A DNA stretch of 64,000 nucleotides from Pavona decussata (GCA_977016875.1 CDRNST010000104.1:3658001-3722000); one strand, 5' to 3'; shown: positions 12,301 to 25,400, numbered from the stretch's first letter. Notes: generated by a model from the sequence alone, not told the origin. Numbers and translations are program-made.

Positions 12301-15300
12301 GAGGACGTACATGTAGGTAAATTGTCTCATGCATAATTTTCTGTACAAACCAACTTAACTCCACTCTAGTCCCAACTAATACCGTTACATTCATGCCTCT
12401 CAGACATGGGCTAATGTTAATTGGTATAATTTTCCACAAAACCAGAAAATGAAATAATTATTGTTTGGTAGCAATACATGTACTTACGTGTACATGTACG
12501 TATTGTATGTTCAAATTATATTTTTGAAAGCTAACAAAACTTGCTTTTCCAAACTGGAGCTGCAATCACAACGCATTTTACATTCACACTACACACTTTT
12601 ATGGGAGTAATTTTGAAACAATGCCTTTGATTTTGCTGGAAAGGCAAAAAATATATATATTACTCTCTACTTCATAATGAGCTACGTAAGGTAAGCTTAA
12701 CAATGTGGTTGATGCTGATCAGATTGCAACTATTAGGGGATACAGAAACAAACAGGTTAACAGAATCCCTCAAACAAGCAGTATTATCAGGCTACTGACT
12801 ACTACAAATTGGAGAAAGGATCAGCAAACGGTGTGAAGGCAAAAAAATGCAGTTTTGATTTTATGCAAGCTCAATCTAATGTCACAGCATAACTATGACA
12901 CACATCATGAAATCATAAAAGCGTTAACATACTTGTTAGAAAGCTGATTTAATTGATTCATCGGATTCAACTGGTTCATCTGAGCAAGCTTGTTGGCTGG
13001 CCCTCCAGGGTACCCCGCTGTCTTCTGTGTATCATTTCTTTGTTTTTGATGTCGCAATAGAAGAAGTCGGCCAAGATCTTCACACCAGACACCAAGCAGA
13101 TCTATGAATATCACACAATCAACATCATGTTGGCCAATACTAGGTTAAGTGCTTGCACGGGACAAAATATAAATAATGCCTTTTTTGGTTAATTAAGTGT
13201 ACATATGAATGGGCCTTTTTGTCAGGAACATGTACTATGATCAATTTAAACTCAAACAAAAAACAAAAAACATCCTGTATACATTAAAAGTTATTGGCAT
13301 TTTCAAGGTTGTCAATGCCTAATATCAAGCTTTTTTCTTATTATGACAACTAAAACTCTTGCATGATCAAATTATGTGGGCACTTTGTGCTGAAGCACTC
13401 AACAATTATTATCACGCTTTCTGAACAAGAAGTAGCTTTGCTAAGCCAAGAATATGAAGAACAAAAATATTAAGAAACCAAATCTGATAAAAAATTAAGA
13501 CACCAAAACTGATCTTTCACCAAGCAAAATACATTTGATCAATAATTGTTAGCGTTGCCATGATGTCCACAAAATAGCACTGCTTTCATGTTAGAATGAA
13601 CTTTAACCCTTTCTATTCCACAGTGCAACAGGAAGTCATGCAACATGCTAATAACTTATAACTCTGTGGATGAGAGATTCCTGTGTGTTGATAGCAATGA
13701 CCACAGAATTCTTGCTGGTTTTTTTTCCCTCGATTTCAGTTAGAGATTTATCAAACTTTTACTTCAACAGAGAAGAGTGGTTTTAAAAGTAACCACATCA
13801 AGTGAAATAATTTTATTGCCTACACTGAATATTTGCATTTTTTTTTTTTTACAAAATTAGTGGAGCAGAGAGATGCGCATCATTGCGCCACCTTATCTCT
13901 GTGCAAAGAACCACATTGTAACCTCCACTTTAGAAAGAGTGGAATGTATATGAACAAAATATAGGGCCTAATCACAATTAAGTATCAGTAATGCTGTTGG
14001 TGCTAAATAAAACGAAAAAAACAAAGGAAACCTCGATATTAACAGCAGGACATTAAAATTGAGAACAATACCAAATGGTAAGTGTTTTAGACTAATATAA
14101 AAAAATTAATGTTTAGCTAAAAGCATTCTGCAGGGATGCAGCTAAGGAAAACCTCAGCAGGCTTATTTCACAAACCCAGGCGGCCCTTTTGGACTGTTGC
14201 AATTTTAAACTTAGCCTCAAGTATTTGTGTTCTGTTGTAGTTTCAGCCACTGATAAGATCTCTTTCAGACAGTGAGATTTGCTGGTTGTCAGATCTCTGC
14301 AACATCCCTAATTCCATCTACTTTTTAATAGTGCTGCTACACACTTGAAAGTTTGATTTATTTAACATTTTTTCATCAGATGTATTTCTCCTTGTACATA
14401 ACATTATACATGGTACACTCTCATAGTAAATGAAATCTCTGTTCAACAAAGTTCGAATTCTGGAGTATAGAAAAAGCCCTGAAATGCCCATTCACTAAGG
14501 TATCCAATAATGTACATGTACTTCCCAGCTTCTGTTTGTTTATATTCAACATGAATGTCAACCAAGACAAAGTGATTTTTTTCTCCACATTTTAACTTGT
14601 GCGATCTAAGGAGGGCTTAATACGACCATCAAAAGCAGACAATATCAGAGAGAAGGTAACATTAATGAGGCTGCTCTAATTCAGGAAAAATAAATGTCTC
14701 CTTGCACCAAAACAATACAATGTAGCTGACTACAGTAAATAATGTTTACCCTTCATCTCAGGTTTTGTAGAAAATTGAAATATATTTTCACATCTTCAGA
14801 TAAAGATACATGACAGTAGAGCTGATACCAGGAACTCAGTGGTTGGTAGCCATTAGCCCAATATACAGTAACTAGTACAAATAAAATTACACGCTGCATT
14901 TCATTAGGAGCCCTGCAAAAGCCAGTTGGCCACCCCGCACATCACCAGGATTGGGAGACTGCTGACCAGCACTGTGGTATGGTTGGCTCAATGTCATACC
15001 CAGAGTTTTCAGGCTCTTGGACAGTGGTCTGTCGCCAGGAGAGACTCTGGGGAGACTCTGGGGTACTGGAATTTTTTCCCTACAGGATTTCTCCAGTAAA
15101 ACAATGCTAGTTGTTACGGCAATCAATTTTTTCAAGAGTTTCTCCAGGAGACCAATGGCTGGCCAAAGAGCCTGAGGACACTAGCTACAAGATTGTGGTT
15201 GGCCTGGAGCAAACTGCTTTTCACTGTAATTAAACACAATTCTAACATAAAAGAGAAAAACTTAAGAGTGAGTGACAACAAAGGTACTTACTTGCTGACT

Positions 15301-16187
15301 TTGAAGTGAACTTGTCCCTATGCGCAGCACAAACCGCCAGAAGTCTGTACCCTGAAACAAAAAAATGTGAGAGATTTTTTAAACCTTTTCCTCCCTATTC
15401 AAATGACGATTCAAGGAAAAAGGTCTCAATTTTTAAAATTTTATAAGAACCCCAACTGTCAGGGCTGTCATTAAGAGGCGGGGGCTGGGGATTTCCCCCG
15501 GTTACTAAGAACGTGGCCCCCGGCTATTTTCATAGGAAAATAGAAGAAAAATAGAACCAAAAGAAATTCCTAGCTGTTTGATTCCCGCCTACTTGTTGTA
15601 TTTATCCAGCAACTTGAAATCTTAGTGACAGCCCTGATTACTGTGAGGAACTAAATGACAGGAATGGGACAGTAGTCCAAGTCTTTGTGATTTAAACTGT
15701 TACCTAGATCCAAATCATAGCCAGGATTTGCTGCAACTTGACTCACAACCTAAAAGACGAACAAAAACATTAGAAAGCAAAATATGTGTATGGAAGGTTT
15801 CAAAAATTAAGGTATTAAGCGGAAGAGGCAAATGAAGGAGGAGTGGCTCTCTGTCTTGCTGTAAGTCTACATTGTTGACATCATCATCATCATCACCATC
15901 GCACCTCAAGGATGTGTATAAGATTTTTTATTTCCAAGGGAACAACAGGATTGTTTTCACAATGTCTTAAGACAAATCTACATCTGCAATGCAATCTCAT
16001 CAGTACTTACCGTGAGACATCCCATTAAATTACTTTCAAAGGCTCGTTGAAAAGCTCGCACATCCCCACACCACTCCAGTAGTTCTCTGGCAGATGTCTG
16101 AAACCCCTGTGGTGAGGAGAGGTGTTGTTTTATGCACTGCAGTCTCTCATTGGTTTGTTGAATATGCCGCTCCATGCTAAGGCTCAT
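3247..16187 (-). CDS. ZMIZ1: Zinc finger MIZ domain-containing protein (ZMIZ1/ZMIZ2 co-ortholog, Zimp10/tonalli family), 18 coding exons, ~1111 aa
   Basis: Exons (minus, all GT-AG, phases consistent, total 3336 nt): 16011-16187, 15704-15749, 15292-15351, 12933-13101, 11017-11246, 10400-10696, 9518-9843, 8614-9172, 7981-8119, 7423-7537, 6782-6880, 6579-6684, 6303-6451, 6104-6171, 5708-5773, 4955-5301, 3782-4071, 3247-3339. Recognisable ZMIZ motifs: [31 protein letters not shown], Ala-rich motif, [66 protein letters not shown], acidic C-terminus. Confidence 0.96.
3782..4071 (-). CDS. ZMIZ1: ZMIZ1 coding exon 17
   Basis: GDKMTPSP...EGALD; GTAAGT donor. Confidence 0.88.
4351..4464. mobile_element. 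MITE in ZMIZ1 intron
   Basis: 27-bp TIRs CTGGGATGAGTTGCATAAAACTTAACG / CGTTAAATTTTATGCAACTCACCCCAG (2 mismatches). Confidence 0.8.
4955..5301 (-). CDS. ZMIZ1: ZMIZ1 coding exon 16
   Basis: [22 protein letters not shown]...STTPS; GTGAGT donor. Confidence 0.92.
5708..5773 (-). CDS. ZMIZ1: ZMIZ1 coding exon 15
   Basis: [21 protein letters not shown]; weaker donor GTGGTT but phase-consistent. Confidence 0.9.
6104..6171 (-). CDS. ZMIZ1: ZMIZ1 coding exon 14 (SP-RING, second part)
   Basis: [22 protein letters not shown]. Confidence 0.95.
6303..6451 (-). CDS. ZMIZ1: ZMIZ1 coding exon 13 (SP-RING/MIZ finger, first part)
   Basis: IKRNFS...[32 protein letters not shown]. Confidence 0.96.
6579..6684 (-). 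CDS. ZMIZ1: ZMIZ1 coding exon 12
   Basis: [35 protein letters not shown]. Confidence 0.95.
6782..6880 (-). CDS. ZMIZ1: ZMIZ1 coding exon 11
   Basis: [33 protein letters not shown]. Confidence 0.95.
7423..7537 (-). CDS. ZMIZ1: ZMIZ1 coding exon 10
   Basis: [38 protein letters not shown]. Confidence 0.95.
7981..8119 (-). CDS. ZMIZ1: ZMIZ1 coding exon 9
   Basis: [46 protein letters not shown]. Confidence 0.95.
8614..9172 (-). CDS. ZMIZ1: ZMIZ1 coding exon 8 (Q/M/P-rich)
   Basis: QGGYQIP...[13 protein letters not shown]...DIKPPRLN; tandem CAGCAG acceptor. Confidence 0.9.
9518..9843 (-). CDS. ZMIZ1: ZMIZ1 coding exon 7 (Pro/Gln-rich, polyQ)
   Basis: [13 protein letters not shown]...Q9MQ12MQQ...SGPYG; phase 1 to phase 0. 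Confidence 0.88.
10400..10696 (-). CDS. ZMIZ1: ZMIZ1 coding exon 6 (alanine-rich motif)
   Basis: GSYTAR...[35 protein letters not shown]. Confidence 0.93.
11017..11246 (-). CDS. ZMIZ1: ZMIZ1 coding exon 5
   Basis: DASTVMWPQ...[12 protein letters not shown]...PYTQQ. Confidence 0.92.
12933..13101 (-). CDS. ZMIZ1: ZMIZ1 coding exon 4
   Basis: [19 protein letters not shown]...QLSN; AG/GT flanks. Confidence 0.92.
14989..15195. mobile_element. Degenerate palindromic MITE in ZMIZ1 intron
   Basis: CAATGTCATACCCAGAG..CAGGCTCTTGG / CCAAAGAGCCTGAGGAC..CTACAAGATTG inverted ends. Confidence 0.6.
15292..15351 (-). CDS. ZMIZ1: ZMIZ1 coding exon 3
   Basis: (G)[19 protein letters not shown]; CAG acceptor, GTAAGT donor. 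Confidence 0.93.
15460..15636. mobile_element. hAT-like MITE in ZMIZ1 intron
   Basis: 17-bp TIR CAGGGCTGTCA(T/C)TAAGA; flanks CCAACTGT/ATTACTGT look like a decayed 8-bp TSD. Confidence 0.75.
15704..15749 (-). CDS. ZMIZ1: ZMIZ1 coding exon 2
   Basis: [16 protein letters not shown]; AG/GT flanks; not in the ORF track. Confidence 0.92.
16011..16187 (-). CDS. ZMIZ1: ZMIZ1 coding exon 1 (N-terminal helical domain)
   Basis: [23 protein letters not shown]...MGCLT; acceptor AG at 16196-16197 (exon extends to 16195), donor GTAAGT; phase 0. Confidence 0.95.
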
Positions 16188-16559
16188 TCCCGCACCTACA
16201 AAAATACATTTATACTATCATTTAAAATTACTGATTGTAATTATCTTATTGACAATGGCCACTTTCTGCAAATTAACGAAACAATCTGAAATAGCTCAGA
16301 CCTCATTAGGATGCAAGAAAGACAATGGCTATCGTAAAATAGTTTCACAAATAACGCTAAAAAAATTCTAAAAAGCTATCCGCCACCTTACTTAATATCT
16401 CTCTACATGTGTCTAACAGTACGCAAGTTGTGTATCTCAATTCTCAGCCAAAACAATGATCACCAACACTACTAAGAAAATTACCCAAAGTTAAGAGAAA
16501 CAATGTCAAATGAATGTAAAACCATTTCACTAACTGGAAGAATTGGCTCTGACTTCAGT

Positions 16560-16960
16560 ATCGTGTCTATGGATAACAAAATCCTTAAGTTTAACCACTC
16601 AAATGACATTTCGTGAGCAGGATTTTCTGTGCTGCTGTTTATCATGATTTAAAAGATGTTCTACCTTTTGGGACTGTGGATGAAATCCTAATGTGTGACA
16701 ATTTAGATGAAAGTTGTTCAGCAGTCCACCTACTGTTTTTCATGATGTACAAGGTGTGCATAGTTCTACCTTTTGAGTTTGCAGAAAAATCTTTTATGTC
16801 TAACCATTGAAAAGAAAGGGACAGGGCAGTTATTTTCCTGACCTGCTCATTTAATATTATGCTAAACAAGGAGGTGCTGTGAATACAAATCCTTCAGTGC
16901 AACCAAACATTCATATGAAAGCATCCATTGAGGGGTGCCTACATTCTGTGGCACTGAGAA
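16560..16960 (+). repeat. Degenerate copies of a ~105-bp dispersed/tandem repeat (GTGGATGAAATCCTAA..GTGTGAC..CAAATGAAAGC)
   Basis: Same motif recurs at ~40340-40870 (+) and ~44930-45110 (-). Confidence 0.65.
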
Positions 16961-19355
16961 TTTTGTGTTTTCAACAGTTTTCAACATGGCTTTTTGTTGC
17001 TAACTTTAAATTAACAAACCTTGCTTCAATTACCACATCATAACTGTTCAAAGAATGTTTCGTTAAAACAAGCATGTTTAAGCAATAAGAGGTTCCTTGT
17101 CCAAACAAGAATAAGTGCAAAGTAATTATACAAGTGCAATAAATTATCCTGCATAATCTAGAGAACGACATCCATCGTTGACTTAGCCCAAATATTTTTT
17201 CATTCTTATAAACAACACTTCACCTCTAGTGGCAACACAATTAATTACAAAGTTTTAAACTAGCATCATCACAAAGGAAGTTTATTGTGCCAAGCAATTA
17301 AAAACACCTAGCCAAAATGTGAGCAACCATTTACACAACAAAGTATTCAAAGACAATTAACCAAATGCATCTTCAAGGCTAAATTAAGGAGGGTGGCTTC
17401 TGCAATCAGAGTGAAGGAATTCCAGCTTAGATGGGTACAAAAACAGGCCTGGGACACTTAATGCTTTTCAATTGCTAATTCAAGCAAATGTTACCTTGCC
17501 GGATTTTCAAGGTTCACCACAGATTGGAAAATGCCACTCAAATGTGAATCACCTCCAAGTCGACTTCAAGGACAAAACCACCTCGGCTTGCATGCAGTTT
17601 CAAGATGTAACTTAACAATCAATGTGCAAGCAATTAAACCTACATAAACCTCTGCAAATTTGCATGAAAATTCTACAAGTTCACAGCCCATGAAATATTA
17701 TGCAAACAGGGCCAGACCAACATGTTTCAATAAAGAATGATTTTTCAAAACAAAGCAATTTGACACCAAAATAAACCAAGCCAAAACCATATGGTCACAC
17801 GAAGTATTTACATTTCTTCTACCTGCATCAAATGTAACTTTGTAACTTGGAAAATCAACCCAATCTTGCACTTAAAACAGCCAAAATTAAGGGCTAACCA
17901 CAGAAAATAACACATGGTCTTTGTTATCCACTAGTCTTGAATTATTCACTGGCCACAAGCAAGGCCATTGTCTTTTGACTACATTCGACACTTGTCTTTG
18001 GTTGACAAGAACCGAGACCAGTCTCAGGACAGTACAATCAGGTTAAAAGCAAGATTTGGTTTTATTGCACAATTACGGATACAATGCACTTTAGAAGATG
18101 TCATCTCTTTGCAAGGCTATGATATTGAAGGGATTTGACAAACAATGACTGTTTAAGTATCTGGCTTAATTAGCTTCCTATTGTAAGGATGTGAAAAAAT
18201 AAATACACTAAAAGAAAAGCGTTAATTCTCTGGGGCCGCAGAAACCCACACTAATGGTAGGTTTGAATCATTCCAGCAAAGCACACCAAGGAACATAATA
18301 GTGACCAATTGTCAGTAATTTGTCATTTTCACAAGCAAATCCACATGCATGCTCTTTAAAAGGATGAATTAATTAACACCATTCAATGGCATTATCCTAC
18401 AAAAACCTATTCAAACCCATCAAAGAAGACATCCCAAAACCCTTGAAAACAAAATGTTCCCTCTGAGTCAATGACTTTAGAACACATACAAGCGGTTGGC
18501 GTCCACTCCAAACTGTTCTCCTCCTGCCGAGTGGCTTAGAAAGGAGTGATACGCTTGACAGGGCCATAATCGGAAACAAAAGCCTCAGAAGCAAAACAGC
18601 TGCTTTGATCAAAATTAACACACAGTCTTGTTTATGTCCACTTAGTGAACTACACGAAAGACACTGTTAACAACAAATTTAGTAAATAATTGTGCAAATT
18701 ATGTAATTTTAGAGTCTGCGAAGTAGCAAAAAGAACAGTGCAAGGCGAAAAAAATTCAAGTTATTAGCTAAGGTTTACATGTATGACTAACAGTTATAAT
18801 CAGTGTAACAATGAAACGGAAATGAGCTGTTACGTTTTAATTTACTGCACCTTTTATAATTGCAAAACTTTCTTTTATGTCAGGGGTAAATGTTATGTTT
18901 ATCGTTTACCACTTTGTCTACAAGTTAAACACATTTAACCAACTGGTGTTGATGACTTGCCAACACAGTTCAATTCACCCACTTTAATTCCTACAGGGTT
19001 AACTTTCCTTGAGTCAATTCTTGTTGTTCTACAAGAAAAGTTCAAAAACCCTGAACTCTTATTAACTTTGATCCAGGCACTGTTTCCAAGAGCAGGAAAA
19101 AAAAATCAAACTAACTCCAAATCAATCTTACATTTTTGACAGCATGTTTTGACACAAACAAAAAAACAACATTGCTCTTAATGTTAGCTAGTGGTATTGA
19201 CTTCCATTTCAATTTATTTAGGTTATCAAGTTTAAATATGGCTTTAGTATTCAGGCTTACTGTACAGCTAGAAGCATTCAAAAACTTTAAAGTTTACATG
19301 AAGTTAAGATGAAATTAATCAAGATTAGCATGTCAAAAAGAAAAGGTCCATTTAC

Positions 19356-19488
19356 TGTTCTGGGTGAGATGCTGTCCATCCAGCGGTTGACTCTGCGCTG
19401 TTGCCGTTCCATAGAAGAGACCATCATCCAAGTCGCCCATAGCCTTGCCAGTGAAGTCGCCCAGGCCATTTAGAGGGAAATCCCCCAT
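19356..19488 (-). CDS. ZMIZ1: Candidate alternative ZMIZ1 N-terminal coding exon
   Basis: CAAAATGG start; MGDFPLNGLGDFTGKAMGDLDDGLFYGTATAQSQPLDGQHLTQN+A (133 nt, phase 1), GTAAAT donor, joins in frame to the acceptor at 16195; possible acceptor at 19589-19590; GC-rich island in an AT-rich intron. Confidence 0.65.
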
Positions 19489-22400
19489 TTTGAAGAGTAA
19501 GAGTTGCCAATATTACAACACAGTAGTTTGTCTTCAGTGTAACCAAAACTTGTTAAAACACCACTGGGTTATGCGCTTTGGGAGAGAGCTAACAGAGTAA
19601 TGAAAACACTTGGTTAGGTTTAAAAATTTTATGTTTAAAGAGTTTCAGTCATTAATAATAGAACATTTTAAGTTTTTAGTTTGTGACAAGATTTTGCCCA
19701 TCTGCTCAAATAATCTAGTATAGGAATTTAAAGAGTTTATTTCAAGTTTACCCCAGTGGAAATGAGCTTAAATAAGTATCAAATTAAGTTTACATTTACA
19801 GATTTTTCTTTTTTTTGTTTATTTCTCTCTGTGCATCGGTTTCAAGTGTTGAACCAGGTTCTAGACACGACATTAACATTTAATAACCAGAAGCCTGTGT
19901 CCTTGTTTGCAAATTCATATTCTTTAAATCTGATTAGTGAAAATAAGTACATGCCAAACCAATGCAGGTACAATGATCAGAGCGACCACCCACGACAAAA
20001 CTAAACCAGCACCTTGAAATCAACAAGACCATAGAGACTACTTCCACACATGGACAACCAAGACTCTCATGTTGCAAAGTTGTAGACAGTTATGATAATG
20101 CTGAGAAGTTGTCTTAAGAAATTCTCTCCCTTAAGAAGGGTTTTTCTTTCCTGGTGGAGTTGTTATTGTGAGTAGTAGTCCCAAACATTATGATTTTATG
20201 GCAAAGAAGTCAGCTGCACCATTGATTCTCTAGAGAAGCATATAAAAATACCTGTTGTAACACAATAACTTACGCTGTTTTGCACCACAACAGTAACACC
20301 CCTATTCCTCCCCGTGTCTTGTTTATTGAAAACATTTATATTATGGGAGGGGTCTGTGGGATTAACTTAACCGTTTAACACAGAAGAGCATCTGTAAATT
20401 TGGTAAGAACAAAAATTGCAACAAGTGTACATCAGTGAGGTTTTTACCCCATTTTGACATCTTCTATGATCTGACACTCAACAGATAGACTTGATAGACT
20501 GGATAGACTTCAAGCAAAATGGGGTCTAGTTGTTTCATACAAATTATAACAGAGACTCGTTTTAGGTGAACCTGCTTGTATGCACCCTTAAAACTTAACA
20601 ACTCACTTTCATAAACTGTAAGCAAACACAGATCATTACTAACATGCTAATTATTGTGAAAATCACAACATAACTTGAACGAAGTTCACAGTGGGAAATT
20701 ATGATCTAAAAAAAACACATAGTTGTTTCACAGTAATTTCAATTGATCACAACAAAATTAATCATCACAAAGATGAAACAACCATCTTGTAGCAAGCATG
20801 GGACAAAGCCAAAATCTCGTCCCTGATCCAAATCGAAGCCACGACCTTCTGCACTCTAGTTAGTTACTGAAAGACCCTAGGATTAACTTCACTAGCTTCA
20901 TACCACATGTCCTACATACTGCTAGGATTGGTCATGTCGAAAGCACCCTGTGCAGTGTTCATTAAATAAAGTTGTAAATTACTGACTCACAAACAAAAAA
21001 ATAAAGATTAACTATTCATTTCCAAGCTACAGATCTATATGTACAGTACTATCATTCATACTTTAATAAAAGTCTTACTAGCTTTTGAACCTAACTGAAG
21101 TCACAGTTATTGTAGAACATTTCATCAACCAAGTCTCAGTAAATGGAAAAAAATAACATCTGTTTTAAAATTTGTCCACAATGGAGTGGAAAAGCTTAAA
21201 AAATGTTCAATGGACTCTGGTCCCTGATCACATGTGTGGGTCACACTACGAAACGACATCATTTACATGTATTCTGTCCTTAAATAGATCACGGCCAGTC
21301 ATGTAATAGTTTTATCATACAGGTGTGGTGCACAGAATCTTCATAATGTAATTATACATGTAAGTAGAATGTTGGCAAGCCCATGACACCATGAAATTCA
21401 GCTCAACGTTCACTCTTTTCAAAGGACCTTCAAATTGCACTTAAGTTCAACTGTATTATTTTACATGTACTGTAACAGCAGAGTAAAATTTATAACCAAA
21501 CCATAGCATCTATTTCAGAAGTTACATTTGAAAGTGATTTGAATGATATTCAGACAAACGTTACAATTTGTACATGGACAAAATTATAACTTAGAATTAT
21601 GTTTACTCATTACTATACGGTACGTGTACACTATACATGGCATTTACTTTGAAATATTAGATGGTACACTGTAGTAACTTTCGAACTTGTGGAGTGTGCC
21701 TTTCCAAAGCTAATTTAAACAGCACTCTCCCATAATCTCATTTACATTGAAATTTTTATAAAGTAAAACTTTTTCCAAATTTGGTGAACCAAAACAATTT
21801 ACTACATGTATGCAGTAATTTGTTGGAACTCTCACTAGGACCTAACCCACATTGTGTCCTAATTTGTTTAGAACTAAACTTTTTAACATCCTCTATTTTA
21901 AAGCATTGAGACAGCTTTTAAAAAACACTGTATAACAAAGTAAAAACAAATGGCATGATAAATCAGCCTTTTTCTCCCTTCTTTCTTTCCACCTTTTTCC
22001 TTCCTTTCTCCACTCGTGCCACTTAGCAACAAAAACAAAGGACAAAAAAAACTAATGCTTTCATGTAAGAGGCATTATAAACTGATAGACAGTGTTTGTG
22101 CAAGCTTACATTATTTCAATTTCCTTAATTAAGTCAAAGGAGCAAACAATTGAAAATAAACAACGTAATCCACACAGTCAGTTGCATGTGAACAGCCAGT
22201 CCATTCTCCCCGCTTCCCTCCGGTTATGTTGTGTTCCTCAGTAGGAAAACAAAAAGCCATTACCTTTAACTCACTAAATACTCTCAGTCCCGCCTTCCAC
22301 TCAAGAATATACAAAGACCAAAGATTAATCATAACCCATAATGGTTCACAATGACAAATTGTTTATTTATGATTACTACACTCATGAAATCCTATTGAAA

Positions 22401-25400
22401 AGCTAGCTTAATTCAAAGCTTTTCCAGTAACAATGCTAACTTCTTTCAATTAAAAGTTCACTAAAACAACATATACATGCACATGTACATGTAGAAAACC
22501 TACAAAGACTTTTTAAGAATTGTGATTTTAATACAAAAAACAAGTTGCCACAAGAATACTGAATGCCACTGTCACTGAATATGCATAACACACAACGTTT
22601 ATAAACTTTGAATTCAACTCCTCCATAATGATTTCTGTGAAATACTTTTTCAAATTCCTCCCAAGTCACCAAATTTGCATCACAGTATTTCTGTTACTGA
22701 AATCAATTTTTACATCAGCATCATTAAACAACCATTTCCAAAACGAGAAGGAAAAGAACCTTGCAGTCTTAGTTATTTTCTGCAGTCCTTCTTTTTTCCT
22801 TTAAGCTGTTTATTTGATTTGATCTGACTACAAAGTTTTAGTCTCATTCTCTAATTTAAGTAATAACTTTTTTGCAATTTGAAAGAGAAAAAAGAGAATA
22901 AAGCTGAAGAGAATAATAAAATTATTGTTTCCAAAAAATAATAGCCAACTGGCTCTAGATCTGTTACTGTCCAATTGTTCACATTTCCTGTGGTGAAAGC
23001 ATCAGTTATAATGGCTAGCTAACAAATTCAATGAAACCGGCCTAGTTTCTTGATTTGAAAACAGAGGGCAAACGCAAACCAAGGCATCAAAAGGGGCAGA
23101 GGCCCAGAGATTTTCTTGGCTAGCTATTGTGAGCATGGGAACCCTGGCTAGTTTGACAGTATTGAAGCATAATTTGGCCAGTGTTAGGAAAAACAATCCC
23201 TGCTTCATGTACGCTTTTCTCTTTTTGTGTCAACTGTTAAATACCATTGACAGCCCTAACAATTTAGGCAAAGTGAATATCAAAAAGTACAGCTCATTAA
23301 AGGTACAAATGTACTTAGGAATAAAAATATTATTGCTATAGAAGCAAAGTTTTTCCCCATTTTTAGCCGATAACAAACATACTTTCAATGCACATTTTAG
23401 TTCCCAGAATCAAAAAAATGTTATTGAATCTTGTCATACAAACCATTGCTTCCTGGCCCCAAATTTTTCTTCCGAAACCATGCTTCCCAACTTAGTCACA
23501 AAAGTGGAGAATGACGTTTTTGCAACAACGGTGTTTAAGTGTACTGGACCCTAGCAAATGTTTTGGAAATTTACATAAGATAAAGTAGGTGTTGGCAGTT
23601 CAAGGTGTTTAAGTGACACTAGCAGCTGCTTTGCCACAATGCACTTTTGACTCTGAAAAATTATGAAACACTCTTCCTAACAGTAGCTACAGGCACTGCA
23701 AAGGTTAAACTCAACATTAAAGAAATATCATTAACAAAGGTGTGACGAATCTGGTTCTTAACTGCTAATAATTAGCAAAGAAACCCACCAGTGGCAAACT
23801 AAACAATTCTGGCTTAGGCTTCATCAAAAGGAAATCGTCTTTTCCATATCTGATCGTAACCTGACAGAGGTCTACTGTATCAATTGACAAGTCTTCCATC
23901 TAAAAGAGATCAATCCTGAATATAACATCGAGTTTTTCTCTTTACCTCAGATCCCTGGGAAAAGTTGATCAAAAATCCTCAAGCAGAACTTACTTGATTA
24001 TGAAACAAAAAGAATCTTTCAATTCAAATTTGAATTACTGAGCAAAATGTTTAGACATTTGCTTAACAGTTTTTACATAAAAACAATACATCCCCGACAT
24101 GTTTACACTATCCACAGCAATGGGTGTAAATTTCATTGGTTTACAATGAGTTACTATTAATACCATCTACGATACGATTGTACGTTTGAGAAATGATTGA
24201 CACAGCAAACATACAGGTGCAGACTTAAGATTTAGAAGTTAATAAACCCAATGGATGTGGTGACAATAAAAATAATCCTCAAACTTAAGCCACATCCTCA
24301 ATTCTAAAAAGCTATTTCAACACTAACCTTGGTCTTGGAAGCCTGTAATTCAATTTTACTTGGCCATTTGTACAGGTAACCATGTGATATGAATATGCAG
24401 AGAATTTGAGAATTTGAAATTACATTTGACAGCAATGAAGGTTTACATACATGTACACGTACATTCATTAAAAAACAAAATTTTGAATTTAATGCATTTA
24501 AAAATTAAATCTAGCTGCCTTCTTCGATTTGAAGGATGTAATTTTATTGAGAATAGTCGCCTCTCAGAATCAAGATGGAAAGAAAAAAAAAATTGAAAAC
24601 CTTCCCACATGATATATTTTCTTTCACCACAGTGCAACAAGCAAGATGACAAACACAGTTTCATTATTATACAGTATTTATGTTGTACTTCTCTTTTTTT
24701 AACTCTATCCTTGGTTTAAATTTTTGTTCTCTGTTTTGTATTTAGTACTATACATCACCACATAAAAAAGAAACAAATTAAAGCAAAAACTAACCCATGG
24801 TGTATAAAATTATATTGAACTACAACAATTGCACAAACCAAAAGACCAAGTTCTTTTGCTTGGTAGTAATTTAGTGTTTTGTGGGACAGTATAATAATTT
24901 TATCACACAATCAGCTACGTGTAGATTAGAAGAAGACATTACAGCTGTAATGTGCTACATGTACGTTAGGCAGTCATGCCAAAACAAAATTTTGAAAAAT
25001 ACAACAAAAATTCAAGGAAACAGTAACAAAACCAAAAAAAAATGAACCTTTTATTAATAATTCAAGTCATGGATGACCAATCAATCAAATTTTGAGCAAT
25101 CTTCCGAAACCAAAGCTGCATTTAATGAATTCATACAAGGACTTCATTTTGATTTCATGCATGCAGGCATCTAAAGCCAAAAGGAAGTCACAAAATACTT
25201 GTTGTTCTGTTTATTTTACCACCATATGGGGGTAATATAAGAACAATAGCATGGAAAGAAAAATAAACAGGCACATGCAAATGATAAAAACACAACAAGC
25301 CTGGTAATATTGTTCATTAGCGAATCAGACAAACTTGGCATGACGAGCAGACATAACAATCTTCGAATGGAAATACAAAACCTATTTCATGATGCAACAA

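Noticed and set aside
18397-18621. 74-aa minus ORF with a GTATGT donor as another ZMIZ1 first exon
   Set aside because: Phase 0, so out of frame with ZMIZ1; no other support.
19287-19469. ORF-track peptide MAWATSLARLW...
   Set aside because: Its frame splices into an immediate stop (GTG CGG GAA TGA) at ZMIZ1 exon 1; the overlapping frame from 19488 is the plausible one.
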